Source: an uncultured Actinomycetes bacterium
GTDB lineage: Bacteria; Actinomycetota; Thermoleophilia; Solirubrobacterales; Solirubrobacteraceae
Direction: 5' to 3'
DNA: 64,000 nt
NCBI GenBank assembly: GCA_963786575.1
Contig: CAWAZH010000006.1
Location: 21,993 to 85,992 of the forward strand
Positions within the stretch are counted from its first letter, which is position 1. The number at the start of each line of letters is the position of its first letter. Shown one piece after another: positions 25,796-34,863 of the stretch. The notes under the pieces are model-generated. The model worked only from the letters and a program-made list of their open reading frames with translations. It had not been told where the DNA came from and did no database searches. The position numbers were made by a program, and so were the translations under genes.

Positions 25796-26671
25796 ATGCG
25801 GCGCCTTCCGTCAACGGACGATCGCGAGGCCCACGAGAGCCGCTCGCCGATCGTCCGGTGGTGCGCGGACCTCGCGGACTCGACGGTCTTCAACCTCTTC
25901 ATCTTCGCGGTCATCCTCGCCAACGCCGTCGTGCTGGGGCTGGAGACCTACGACGGCGTCGTGCGCGACTACGGCGATCTGCTGCACACGCTCAACAACG
26001 TCTTCCTCGGCATCTTCGTCGTCGAGCTGGCGATCCGGCTGACGGCCTTCGGCTCCAAGCCGGGGCAGTTCTTCCGCAGCGGCTGGAACGTCTTCGACTT
26101 CGTCGTGATCCTCGCGTCGTTCGCGCCCGGCCTGCGCGAGAACACGACGCTGCTGCGGCTCGCGCGCCTGGGCCGCGTGCTGCGGATCGTGCGGCTGCTG
26201 CCCGACCTGCGCGTGCTGACGATCGCGATCGGCCGCAGCCTCCCGGGCGTCGCGAGCCTGTCGGTGCTCGCGCTGCTCGTGGTCTTCATCTACGGGATGG
26301 TCGGCTGGACGATCTTCGACGACCACGCGCCGGGCCAGTACGGGACGATCGGCGAGGCGATGCTCACGCTGTTCGTGACGCTGACGCTCGAGAACCTGCC
26401 CGACCAGCTCGCGATGGGGCGCGAGCTGTCGGACTGGACGATCCTCTACTTCATCAGCTACGCCCTGGTCGCGGCGTTCCTGATCTTCAACATCCTGATC
26501 GGGGTCGTCATCAACTCGCTCGAGGAGGCGCGCGCGATCGAGCATGCCCGCGAGCGCGCCGACCGCCTCGAGCACGGCGACCCGGAGGAGCCGGTCATCG
26601 AGGAGCGAATACTCGAGGTGCGCGAGGCGCTCGACCGCCTGGAGGCCGACGTCAAGCGCGGGCGCGTGTGA
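25796..26671 (+). CDS. single-domain 6-TM voltage-gated cation channel (BacNav/NaChBac-like)
   Basis: S4 has five Arg at 3-residue spacing (LLRLARLGRVLRIVRLL). The pore region is TLFVTLTLENLPD, S6 is FLIFNILIGVVINSLEEA, and there is a C-terminal coiled-coil-like tail. Confidence 0.85.
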   Translation: MRRLPSTDDREAHESRSPIVRWCADLADSTVFNLFIFAVILANAVVLGLETYDGVVRDYGDLLHTLNNVFLGIFVVELAIRLTAFGSKPGQFFRSGWNVFDFVVILASFAPGLRENTTLLRLARLGRVLRIVRLLPDLRVLTIAIGRSLPGVASLSVLALLVVFIYGMVGWTIFDDHAPGQYGTIGEAMLTLFVTLTLENLPDQLAMGRELSDWTILYFISYALVAAFLIFNILIGVVINSLEEARAIEHARERADRLEHGDPEEPVIEERILEVREALDRLEADVKRGRV

Positions 26672-27064
26672 GCGCGATCGCCGTCGAGCCGATCGGCGTC
26701 GTGCGCTCGCCGCTGACCGACGCCGCCGACGCGCCCAAGCAGGGCTTCGAGGGGTCGCCCGAGGCCACGATCGAGGTCGAGCCGCGGGTGCTCGACGGCG
26801 CTCGACGGGATCGCCGCCGGCGACGAGCTGATCGTCGTGACGTGGCTTGATCGCGCGCGCCGCGACGTGCTGCGCGTGCACCCGCGCGACGACCCGTCCA
26901 ACCCCGAGCGCGGCGTGTTCTCCACGCGCTCGCAGGATCGCCCGAACCCGATCGGGCTGCACCGCGTCCGGGTGCTGGCGGTCGACGGCGCGCGCCTGCG
27001 CGTGGCCGATCTGGAGGCGCTCGACGGCACGCCGGTGCTGGACATCAAGATCGCGCTGCGCTGA
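26668..27064 (+). pseudogene. TsaA/TrmO-like tRNA methyltransferase (YaeB family), frameshifted near 26800
   Basis: GTG 26668 overlaps the channel gene stop (GTGA). The N-terminal part VSAIAVEPIGVVRSPLTDAADAPKQG... and the C-terminal part ...VTWLDRARRDVLRVHP...GVFSTRSQDRPNPIGLHRVRVL...LDGTPVLDIK are in different frames. Length is 3n+1. Confidence 0.75.
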
Positions 27065-27070
27065 CGCGCG

Positions 27071-27658
27071 CTAGCGCGGCGTCCAGCCCCCGGTCTCGCC
27101 CTTGTAGAGGCCGTCGCCGCCGAACACCATGCGCGCGCTGCGCCAGAGGATCTGCAGGTCCAGCCGCCAGCTGCGGTGCTCGATGTACCAGAGGTCGAGC
27201 TCGATGCGCTCGGGCCAGGGCAGCGAGGCGCGGCCGTTGACCTGCGCCCAGCCGGTGAGGCCCGGGCGCACGGCGAGGCGGCCGCGCTCGCGCTCGGTGT
27301 ACTGCGCCACCTGCGCCGGCAGCGTCGGGCGCGGGCCGATGATCGCCATCTCGCCGCGCAGGATGTTGACGAGGTTGGGCAGCTCGTCGAGCGAGGTGCG
27401 CCGCAGGAACCTCCCGACGCGGGTGATGCGCGCGTCGCCGGAGTCGACGGCCATGCCGGCCCCGATGTGCTCGGCGCCGTCGACCATCGTGCGCAGCTTG
27501 AGGACGTCGAACTCGCGGCCGTCGAGGCCGACGCGGCGCTGGCGGTAGATCGCCCCGCCGCGCGACTCCAGGCGGATCGCGACGATCGCAAGCGCCAGCA
27601 CCGGCGACGCGAGCGCCAGCGCGACCGCCGCCACGACGACGTCGAGCGCGCGCCGCAT
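27071..27658 (-). CDS. undecaprenyl-phosphate sugar-phosphate transferase (bacterial sugar transferase family, small type)
   Basis: One TM helix, then YRQRRVGLDGREFDVLKLRTM ... DELPNLVNILRGEMAIIGPRP ... PGLTGWAQV. ATG 27658 overlaps the upstream stop (ATGA). Confidence 0.9.
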   Translation of the reverse strand: MRRALDVVVAAVALALASPVLALAIVAIRLESRGGAIYRQRRVGLDGREFDVLKLRTMVDGAEHIGAGMAVDSGDARITRVGRFLRRTSLDELPNLVNILRGEMAIIGPRPTLPAQVAQYTERERGRLAVRPGLTGWAQVNGRASLPWPERIELDLWYIEHRSWRLDLQILWRSARMVFGGDGLYKGETGGWTPR

Positions 27659-28793
27659 CAGCGCGTGCCCTGCGCCGGCTCCCAGCCGGCGGCGGTCCCG
27701 TGGCGCAGCCAGTCCCACAGCCCCGCCGCGACCGACGCGGTCGTCAAGACGTAGTAGCGCGCGACGAGCAGCGCGCGGTACGGATAGCGCGGCGCCAGCA
27801 GCGCGGCGGCGAGCAGCGCGAGCTGCACCGCGAACGCCAGCGCGTAGATCGCGCCGCTCGCCACGAGCAGGGCGCTGGCGACGAACGCGCCGACGTGCAG
27901 GAACGGCGCGGCGTAGCGCAGCACGCGGTGCGATCCGATCATCAGCGCGTAGAGCGGCGGGTAGCCGCGCGGCGACAGCAGCCCGCCCCGCAGGACGATC
28001 GGCCAGGCGTGGCTCATCATGCGCCGCTTGCGGGCGAACTCGCCCTCGATCGAGGGCACCATCTTCTCCGTCGCGCGCGCCGCCGGCACGTAGACCGCGC
28101 GCCAGCCGCGCTTGACCATGTTGAACGGGAACGAGAGGTCGTGGCCCATGATCGGGTCGACCTCGATGTAGCACTCGCGGCGCGTCGAGTAGATCGCGCC
28201 GTTGCCGGCGGTGATCGAGACCAGCCGCGACTCGAGCGCGCGCAGCGCCATCTCGTAGCGCCAGTACAGCCCCTCCTGGTTGGAGCCCCCGTCGTTGACG
28301 AACGTCACCTGCCCGCAGGCGTAGCCGACGTCGGGGTCGGCGAACGCGCCGACGAGCACGGCCAGCGCGTCGGGCTCCCAGGTCGCGTTGGCGTCCGAGA
28401 ACGCGACGATCTGCCCCTGGGCGTGCGCGACGGCGGTGTCCTGGGCGCGGATCTTGCCGCCGCGCGGGAGGTCGAGCACGAGGTCGGCGCCGGCCTCGTC
28501 GGCGACCGCGGCGGTCGCGTCGGTGCAGCCGTCGCAGGCGACGATGATCTCCATCCGGTCCAGCGGATAGTCGAGCGCCTGCGCGTTGGCGACCTTCGCC
28601 TCGATGCCGTCCTCCTCGTCGTAGGCGGCGATGATGAGGCTCACGGTCGGCGGCTCCTCGGCGCCGGGGGCGACGTGCCGCGCCGTCGCAGCCGCGCCAG
28701 CGCGGCGAGCAGCAGCGGATAGCCGAGCTGCGCGTAGACGAGCAGGACGACGCAGACCCAGAAGACGAGTTCCCCGAACGACACGCGCGCCAT
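27658..28793 (-). pseudogene. glycosyltransferase family 2 with N- and C-terminal TM segments, N-terminus out of frame
   Basis: MARVSFGELVFWVCVVLLVYAQLGYPLLLAALARLRRR (from ATG 28793) is in a different frame from VAPGAEEPPTVSLIIAAYDEEDGI...DANATWEP... (main ORF). The break is about 28680-28705. Length is 3n+2. Confidence 0.75.
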
Positions 28794-28817
28794 TGTGGCC
28801 CAGTTGGCGCCCGCGCC

Positions 28818-29918
28818 CTACCCGGCGGTCAGCGAGCCGTACAGCGCGAGGTGCTCGCGGGCGATCGCAGCCCAGGAGTAGCGGCCGCTCGCCGCCGCCC
28901 GGGCGCCGGCCGCGAGCACCTCGCGCGCAGGCCGATCGGCGAGCAGCCGGCGCAGCTCGGCGGCCAGCGCGGGGGCGTCGCCGGGAGCGACGAGCGCGGC
29001 CGCGCCCTGCTCGGCGAGCTCCGGGAAGCCGCCGACGGCGCTCAGCAGCAGCGGGGCGCCGAACGCGAGCGCCGTGAACAGCACGCCCGACTGGTCGATC
29101 TCGCGGTAGGGGAGCACGACGAGGTCGGCGCGGCGGAAGTAGGCGGCGAGCTCGTCGTCGGGCACGAAGCGCGGGACCCAGCGCACCGACGGCGGCGCCG
29201 CCGCGCGCAGCGCCGCGATGTCCATGCGCGGCATGCCGACGATCCACAGCTCGGCGTCGTCGACCTCGCGCCAGGCCTCGAGCAGGACGTCGATCCCCTT
29301 GTACGGGCGCAGCAGGCCGAAGCACAGGACGACGGGCTTGCCGACCTTCGCCAGCGCCGGCGGCAGCGGCTTGGCGCCGGCGACCGCCGTCAGGTGCTCG
29401 AAGGCGCCGTGGGCGATGACGCGGACCTTGGCGGGGTCGACGCCGAGCTGGCCGACGAGCCGCTCGCGCCCGTGCTCGGAGTGCACGACGACGGCGTCGA
29501 CGCGCTCGTAGAGGCGGCGCTGGGCGCCGAGCTGGCCGCGGCGCGGCTCGCGCGGGAGGACGTCGTGCGCGGTGAGCACGAGCGGGCGCGAGCGCGGCAG
29601 CAGGTGCACGTCGACGGGCTGCACGGTGAGCCACTGGAAGTGGACGACGTCGGCCGCCCGCGCCGCGCGGGCATAGGCGAGCATGTCGGGAACGTGCTGG
29701 ACGAGCTTGGCGGCGAAGCGCCCGCGCGAGCGCGGGCCGCCCGGACCGCGCCGGTAGAAGCGCTCGACGCGCTCATAGCCCTCCGGCGCGGGCGCGGCGG
29801 CGTAGGCGAAGCGGCTCGTCTGCAGCCGCACGTCCGCGCCCTGGCGCGCCAGCGCCGCGCACAGCGCGTGGTCGTAGGGCGGCGTGAAGGCCGAGGGGTC
29901 GACGACGTCGATGCGCAC
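28818..29918 (-). CDS. glycosyltransferase family 4 (GT-B)
   Basis: Starts at internal GTG 29918 of track ORF 28818..30200. VRIDVVDPSAFTPPYDHALC..., LLRPYKGID, and C-terminal E-x7-E-like region (LPYREIDQSGVLFTALAFGAPLL). Confidence 0.85.
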   Translation of the reverse strand: MRIDVVDPSAFTPPYDHALCAALARQGADVRLQTSRFAYAAAPAPEGYERVERFYRRGPGGPRSRGRFAAKLVQHVPDMLAYARAARAADVVHFQWLTVQPVDVHLLPRSRPLVLTAHDVLPREPRRGQLGAQRRLYERVDAVVVHSEHGRERLVGQLGVDPAKVRVIAHGAFEHLTAVAGAKPLPPALAKVGKPVVLCFGLLRPYKGIDVLLEAWREVDDAELWIVGMPRMDIAALRAAAPPSVRWVPRFVPDDELAAYFRRADLVVLPYREIDQSGVLFTALAFGAPLLLSAVGGFPELAEQGAAALVAPGDAPALAAELRRLLADRPAREVLAAGARAAASGRYSWAAIAREHLALYGSLTAG

Positions 29919-29993
29919 CGCCGCGAAGTATCGTCGGGGACCGTACGACGACACTCGCCGGTCCGCCTGCGCCGGGTATTGTCGCCGGTCTTC

Positions 29994-30932
29994 GTGGCGG
30001 TGGAGCTTTCGTACTGCGTCGTGAACACCGAGCAGCGCGAGCTGCTCCTGCGCTGCCTGGACGCGATCGCAGCCGAGCAGGCGACGCTCGACGTCGAGAC
30101 CGAGGTGCTCGTGCTCGACAACGCGTCGCGCGACGGATCGGCCGGCGCCGCGCGCAACCACCCGGCGACGACCGAGCTCGTCGCGCTCGACCGCCGGCAC
30201 GGCAAGGGCGAGAACGACTCCGGCGCTGCTGCAGCTCGCGCGCGGGCGCTACTGCCTGCTGCTCAACGAGGACTCAGAGCTCGAGCCGGGCGCCACGGCC
30301 GCGCTGCTACGCGGCCCTCGAGGCGCGGCCCGACGCGGCCGCCGCGGGCGCGCGGCTGCTGCGCCCGGACGGCCGCCGCCAGGCGTCGGCGTGGCGGTTC
30401 CCGACGCCGCGTGACGGCGCTTGTCGGAGCGCTGTTCCTGCACCGCCGCTACACCGTGCAGAGCCGCGGCGACGCGATCCGCAACGTCGACTGGGCGCAG
30501 TCGGCCGCGCTGCTCGTGCGCCGCGAGGCGGCCGAGCAGATCGGCTGGTTCGATCCCGCCTTCTTCGTCTACTCCGACGAGGTCGACTTCTGCAAGCGCC
30601 TGCGCGACGCCGGCTGGCGCACGCTCTACGTGCCGGGCGCCGCCGCCGTGCACCACGAGCAGCTGTCGACCGGGCCGGTGCCCGAGCGGCGGATCGTCGA
30701 GCTGTCGCGCAACCGCGACCTCTACATGCGCAAGCACCACGCGCCCCCGGCGGCCTGGACGGTGCGCCTGCTGACGGCGTTCACGTACGCCGTCCGCGCC
30801 GCGCTCGCGCTCGTCCTGCCGGGGCACGACCCCAAGCGCTACTGGCGCCACGTGACGGCGACGCTGCGCCCCGCGCAGGGAGAGGGCCTGCGCGAGGCGG
30901 CGTCGGAGCACAACCGCGGGCGGCGGCTGTGA
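29994..30932 (+). CDS. glycosyltransferase family 2, with three internal 1-nt insertions that net restore the frame
   Basis: The ORF is open end to end, but residues coded by about 30222-30410 read as Arg/Ala junk in frame. The +1 and +2 frames give ALLQLARGRYCLLLNEDSELEPGATAALLR and ALEARPDAAAAGARLLRPDGRRQASAWRFPTP, which fit GT2 family order. Flanks are conserved (LVLDNASRDGS; FFVYSDEVDFCKRLRDAGW). Confidence 0.75.
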   Translation: MAVELSYCVVNTEQRELLLRCLDAIAAEQATLDVETEVLVLDNASRDGSAGAARNHPATTELVALDRRHGKGENDSGAAAARARALLPAAQRGLRARAGRHGRAATRPSRRGPTRPPRARGCCARTAAARRRRGGSRRRVTALVGALFLHRRYTVQSRGDAIRNVDWAQSAALLVRREAAEQIGWFDPAFFVYSDEVDFCKRLRDAGWRTLYVPGAAAVHHEQLSTGPVPERRIVELSRNRDLYMRKHHAPPAAWTVRLLTAFTYAVRAALALVLPGHDPKRYWRHVTATLRPAQGEGLREAASEHNRGRRL

Positions 30933-30936
30933 GCGG

Positions 30937-31901
30937 TCAGCAGGCGGGCGTGGGCTCGGGCGTGAACGTGTGCGTCACGATGCCGATCCCGGGCACGAGC
31001 AGGTAGAGGCTCGCGCCGTCGACCGCGACGTCGGTGGCGAGGAAGGTGCCGTTCTCGCCGGCGCTGACGAGCCGCTCGCGCTGCAGGCACGAACCCTGGC
31101 GGCGGAAGATCAGCGTCTCGTCCGGGTCGCCCGCATGCGAGGCGTTGGTCAAGGTCCAGTCGGTCGTCGCGCTCTGGATCGCCAGGCCGCGCGCGTGCTC
31201 GTCGCTGTCGCCCTCCGAGGCGGCCGCGAGGAAGGAGCGGATGTTCCTCCCCGCCGTCGTCTCGGTGTAGGAGTACTCGAAGATGTCGACCGCGGTGGCG
31301 GCGACCTGCGTGTTGCGCAGATCGACCGAGCCGACGCGCATGACGCCGAACTTCACGGCGTCCTTCGGGCGCGGCAGGCGCACGGGCTTGCGCGAGCCGG
31401 TCTTGACGTAGAGGCCCGGTGAGCTTGCGGTTGGCCTTGGAGCCGGTGCAGTCCAGGCCGTAGGCGATCTTCGTGCGCCACCAGGACGGGGCGGTGCCGA
31501 CCGTGCAGCCCGGGATCGTGAGCGTGCGAAACGTCGCGCGGCGGCCGTCGAGGTCGTTCCACAGCGACTGGCAGGACGAGTTCGCGTTGCCGTCGCAGCG
31601 CAGGTAGGTCAGGCGCAGGGCGCCGTCCTGGTCGTGGCCGAGGTCGATCGAGCGGTACGAGCGCGCCTGGCGCGTCCCCTTGACGGGCGCGATCGTGCCG
31701 TCGGGCGCGCGCTGCATGAGGTTCTGGCTGCCGAACTTCCCGGTGACCCAGACGACCCAGCCGTCGAGCGCGGTGATCTGCTGGGCGACGGGGTCGGGCG
31801 GCGACCACGACGTCGGCGGCGGCGGCCGCCGCGGCGGGCACGGCGAGCGCGACCGCGGCGAGCAGGGCTGTGAGGAGGGAGCGGTGCATGTGGCGCATCA
31901 T
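30937..31901 (-). pseudogene. hypothetical secreted protein, two frameshifts (about 31800 and 31416)
   Basis: The signal peptide MMRHMHRSLLTALLAAVALAVPAAA is in frame a. The middle part (DGWVVWVTGKFGSQNLMQRAPDGTIAPVKG...CTGSKANRKLTG) is in frame b. The C-terminal part (LYVKTGSRKPVRLPRPKDAVKFGV... to PAC) is in frame c. Length is 3n+2. Confidence 0.6.
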
Positions 31902-32008
31902 CGTCCGCCGCGCGGTGCGCATGGGAATCACCAAGGGCTCGACCTGTCACACCTGCGTGCAGGCGGCGAACGCGTGCGCTGCGGCGGGCTCGGGTAGGGT
32001 CGCAGGCG

Positions 32009-33210
32009 TTGCGCCTTAACCGCGTCAACTCCCGGCTGGTGCCCGCCGCGGTCGCGGGGCTGCTCGCGCTCACGCTCGCCACGAGCGCGGCGGCGCTCAC
32101 CAAGCGCGGTGGCAACGGCCCGGACACGATCGTCGGCACGCCCCAGGCCGACCGCCTCAGCGGCCAGGGCGGCAACGACCTCCTGCGCGGGCTCGGCGGC
32201 CGCGACGTGCTCGACGGCGGCGGCGGCAACGACGGCCTCAGCGGCGGCGCTGGCGACGACCGCCTGACCGGCCGCGGCGGCGCCGACCGGCTCACCGGCG
32301 GCGACGGCATCGATCGCGCCGACGGCGGCAACGGCCGCGACCGCGTCGACGGCGGCGACGGCTCCGACCGGCTCAACGGCGGCACCGACCGCGACACCGT
32401 CGTGGGGGGCGCCGGCGCGGACCGCGCCGACGGCGACGGCGGCGACGACCGCGTCGACGGCGGCACGCGGCGACGACCGGCTCTCCGGCGGCGCCCGGCG
32501 TCGACCGCGTCTTCGGCGGCGCCGGCGACGACACGCTCTTCGGCGGTTCCCAGGGCGACACGCTCGACGGCGGCGAGGGCGCCGACACGATCTCCGGCGA
32601 CGCAGCCGAGGACCGGCTCACCGGCGGCGCGGGCAACGACAAGCTCAACGGCGGCGCCGACGCCGACCGCGTCGACGGCGGCGCAGGCGACGACCGCGTC
32701 GACGGCGGCCTCGGGCCCGACCTGCTGGTCGGCGGCGCGGGCAACGACTTCATCGTCGAGCAGCGCTCCGACCCGCTCGAGAAGGTCGACGGCGGCGAGG
32801 GCGACGACTACATCTCCACCGCCGGCGGGCCCGATCGCGTGCTGCGCGGCGGGGCCGGCAACGACGTCGTCCACGGCGGCGCGATGCCCGCGAACCTCAG
32901 CGGCGCCGATCAGTTCGGCGACGGGATCTCCGACGGCGGGGCGGGCAACGACATCGTGACCGGCGGCGGCGCGCACGACGTGCTGGTGGGCGGCGACGGC
33001 GACGACATCCTCTACGGCGGCGCGCTGCTGGACGCCTACGACTGCGGCGCGGGCAACGACGTCGCGTTCGTCGAGAACGCGCTCGAGGGCCAGGTCGCGT
33101 CGGCGCGCGGCTGCGAGCGCGTGGTCATCGGCGACCCGTCGGCGAGCGACCCCAGCTTCGACGGCCTCAACGGCGCGCAGCACCCCGGCAAGACCACCGG
33201 CGGCGGCTGA
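32009..33210 (+). pseudogene. calcium-binding protein with hemolysin-type (RTX-like GGxGxDxLx) nonapeptide repeats, two 1-nt insertions
   Basis: TTG/GTG start with a Sec-type signal (VPAAVAGLLALTLATSAAA). More than 20 tandem nonapeptides follow (GGNDLLRGL GGRDVLDGG GGNDGLSGG ...). The frame breaks near 32465 and 32495. The C-terminal part is track ORF 32839..33210. Length is 3n+2. Confidence 0.75.
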
Positions 33211-33319
33211 GTTTCACGCCCCGCATTCTGGGGTAGCGAGGGGGCGCTTGGCCCGGTGGAGTTCCTGCGGGGAGCGCTGTGGACCTCCCGGGCGACCACC
33301 CATAGCGAGAGGAATCACC

Positions 33320-33520
33320 GTGGCGCGCGAGCAGTCGACACGGCCGTACGGCGTACCGTCGGACCCCAGCAGCGATTCCGACGACGGGCGGGATCCGGTG
33401 ACCGGGCTGACGCCCGCTCAGGAGCATGCGATGCGACGCAGTGCGCCACTCTCGCCGGGACAGTTCGCGGAGCTGCGACGGCTCGCCGAGCGCGGGGTGA
33501 ACCCGCTGCCGCGCCTCTGA
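33320..33520 (+). CDS. hypothetical small protein
   Basis: GTG 33320 with GAGAGGAA upstream. 66 aa, mostly G/C-ending codons. No homology evidence. Confidence 0.35.
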   Translation: MAREQSTRPYGVPSDPSSDSDDGRDPVTGLTPAQEHAMRRSAPLSPGQFAELRRLAERGVNPLPRL

Positions 33521-33530
33521 CCCGGGCGCT

Positions 33531-34598
33531 CTAGCCGGCCAGCGGCGCGGGCCGGGCGCCCGCGCGCTTGCGCCAGCCGCGCTCGATCCCGGCGACGAAG
33601 CGCTTGGGCGACTGCGCGTAGAGCTCGCGGCCGAGCGCGAGCGCGCGCCGCTGCAGCGCGTCGCGGCGGCGGTCGAGGACCCCCAGCAGCGCCTGCTTGG
33701 AGGACTCGTCCTCGAAGCACTGCGGGTGCCTCAGGGCGTAGTCGCGCAGCACCGCGAGATCGTGGTCGTCGCCGAGCAGGTCGGCCAGCCGGTGCGCGCG
33801 CTTGGAGAGCCGCTTGAGCTTCTTCGGCGCCGCCGCGCGCAGGATCTGGGTCGCGTGCCAGAGGTCCTTGGCGCGCTTGCGGGCCTCGTGGAGGTTCTCC
33901 GTCGTCGGCTGCTTCGCCGCCGCGCGCATCCGCTTGCGCCCGCGGCGGTAGATGCGGCGCAGGCCGGGCTCGAGGGCGGCGAAGCCTGCGTCGTCGAGCG
34001 TCCACGCGGCTGTGCGGGTGCGGGCCTCGGCGAGCTCACTCGCCGTCGTGGCGATGACGACGTCGTCCTCGTGCAGCGCGGCGGTCGCGCGCTCCTGCTC
34101 GTCGTGCAGGCGCCGGCGCAGGGCGCTCGTCAGGCCCGGCGCGAGCTCGCCATCGAAGCGCTGCGTCAGCCCGTCGAGCGTCTCGACGAGCACCTGCGCG
34201 TCGCGCGTGGCGGAGAGGCGCCGGCCCGCCATCCGGAAGGCCGTGTTCTCGCGGTCGTAGGTCTGCTCGCCGAGCGCGTCGCGGCCGAGACGCAGCGCGG
34301 CGCGCAGGCGCTTGAGGTCCTTGCGCGTGGCGTGCACGGCCGCAGGCAGGTCGCGCTTGGAGGCCCCGTCGAGGCGGTCGCGGGCGTCGTCGAGGCGACC
34401 GCGCGCGATCCGGCGCAGGCCGTCGGGCACGTGTTCGTGGGTGCGCAGGCGGTAGGCGCGATCGAACGCGGCGTCGGCCTTCGCTTGGGCGCGGCGCTCG
34501 TGGGCGAGCCTGCCGCCCGCGGCGGCGGCGCCCGCCAGCGCGACCGCGGCAGCGGCTGCGGCCTTGCCCGCGGCGGGAGGGGTGCGCGACTTCGCCAT
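33531..34598 (-). CDS. CHAD domain-containing protein
   Basis: 355 aa, all-helical and Arg/Ala-rich, with repeated H-x-x-RK-x-x-K-x-LR motifs (VHATRKDLKRLRAALR; LHEARKRAKDLWHATQIL; LGDDHDLAVL) typical of CHAD. Confidence 0.8.
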   Translation of the reverse strand: MAKSRTPPAAGKAAAAAAVALAGAAAAGGRLAHERRAQAKADAAFDRAYRLRTHEHVPDGLRRIARGRLDDARDRLDGASKRDLPAAVHATRKDLKRLRAALRLGRDALGEQTYDRENTAFRMAGRRLSATRDAQVLVETLDGLTQRFDGELAPGLTSALRRRLHDEQERATAALHEDDVVIATTASELAEARTRTAAWTLDDAGFAALEPGLRRIYRRGRKRMRAAAKQPTTENLHEARKRAKDLWHATQILRAAAPKKLKRLSKRAHRLADLLGDDHDLAVLRDYALRHPQCFEDESSKQALLGVLDRRRDALQRRALALGRELYAQSPKRFVAGIERGWRKRAGARPAPLAG

Positions 34599-34627
34599 GC
34601 CTCCCGGCTATCCGGGACGGCGCGGTT

Positions 34628-34816
34628 TTATTCGCCGTCCGGGTGCTCGGCCTGCTGCTCGAGCTTCGCCTGCAGGTAGGCGGCCTTGTCGGCGCGCCGC
34701 ACGGCGGCGCGTTCCTCGGAGTCGGTCAGCGCGCGCTCGGCGCGCTCGCGCTCGGCGTTCTCGCGCGCGGACTGCTCGAGCTGGAGGGTCTCGGTGGTGG
34801 GGTCGTCGTCGCGCAT
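34628..34816 (-). CDS. hypothetical small charged protein
   Basis: 62 aa: MRDDDPTTETLQLEQSARENAERERAERALTDSEERAAVRRADKAAYLQAKLEQQAEHPDGE. Clean ORF with G/C-ending codons. Confidence 0.5.
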   Translation of the reverse strand: MRDDDPTTETLQLEQSARENAERERAERALTDSEERAAVRRADKAAYLQAKLEQQAEHPDGE

Positions 34817-34839
34817 GGGACGTCTTCAGGTTGTCTGCC

Positions 34840-34863
34840 CGCTCAGCGCCGCCGCAACCCCCG
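34840..34863. repeat. left copy of a perfect 24-bp direct repeat CGCTCAGCGCCGCCGCAACCCCCG
   Basis: Identical to 37046-37069. Read on the minus strand it is an orphan copy of the last codons (GLRRR-stop) of the flippase gene. Confidence 0.95.
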
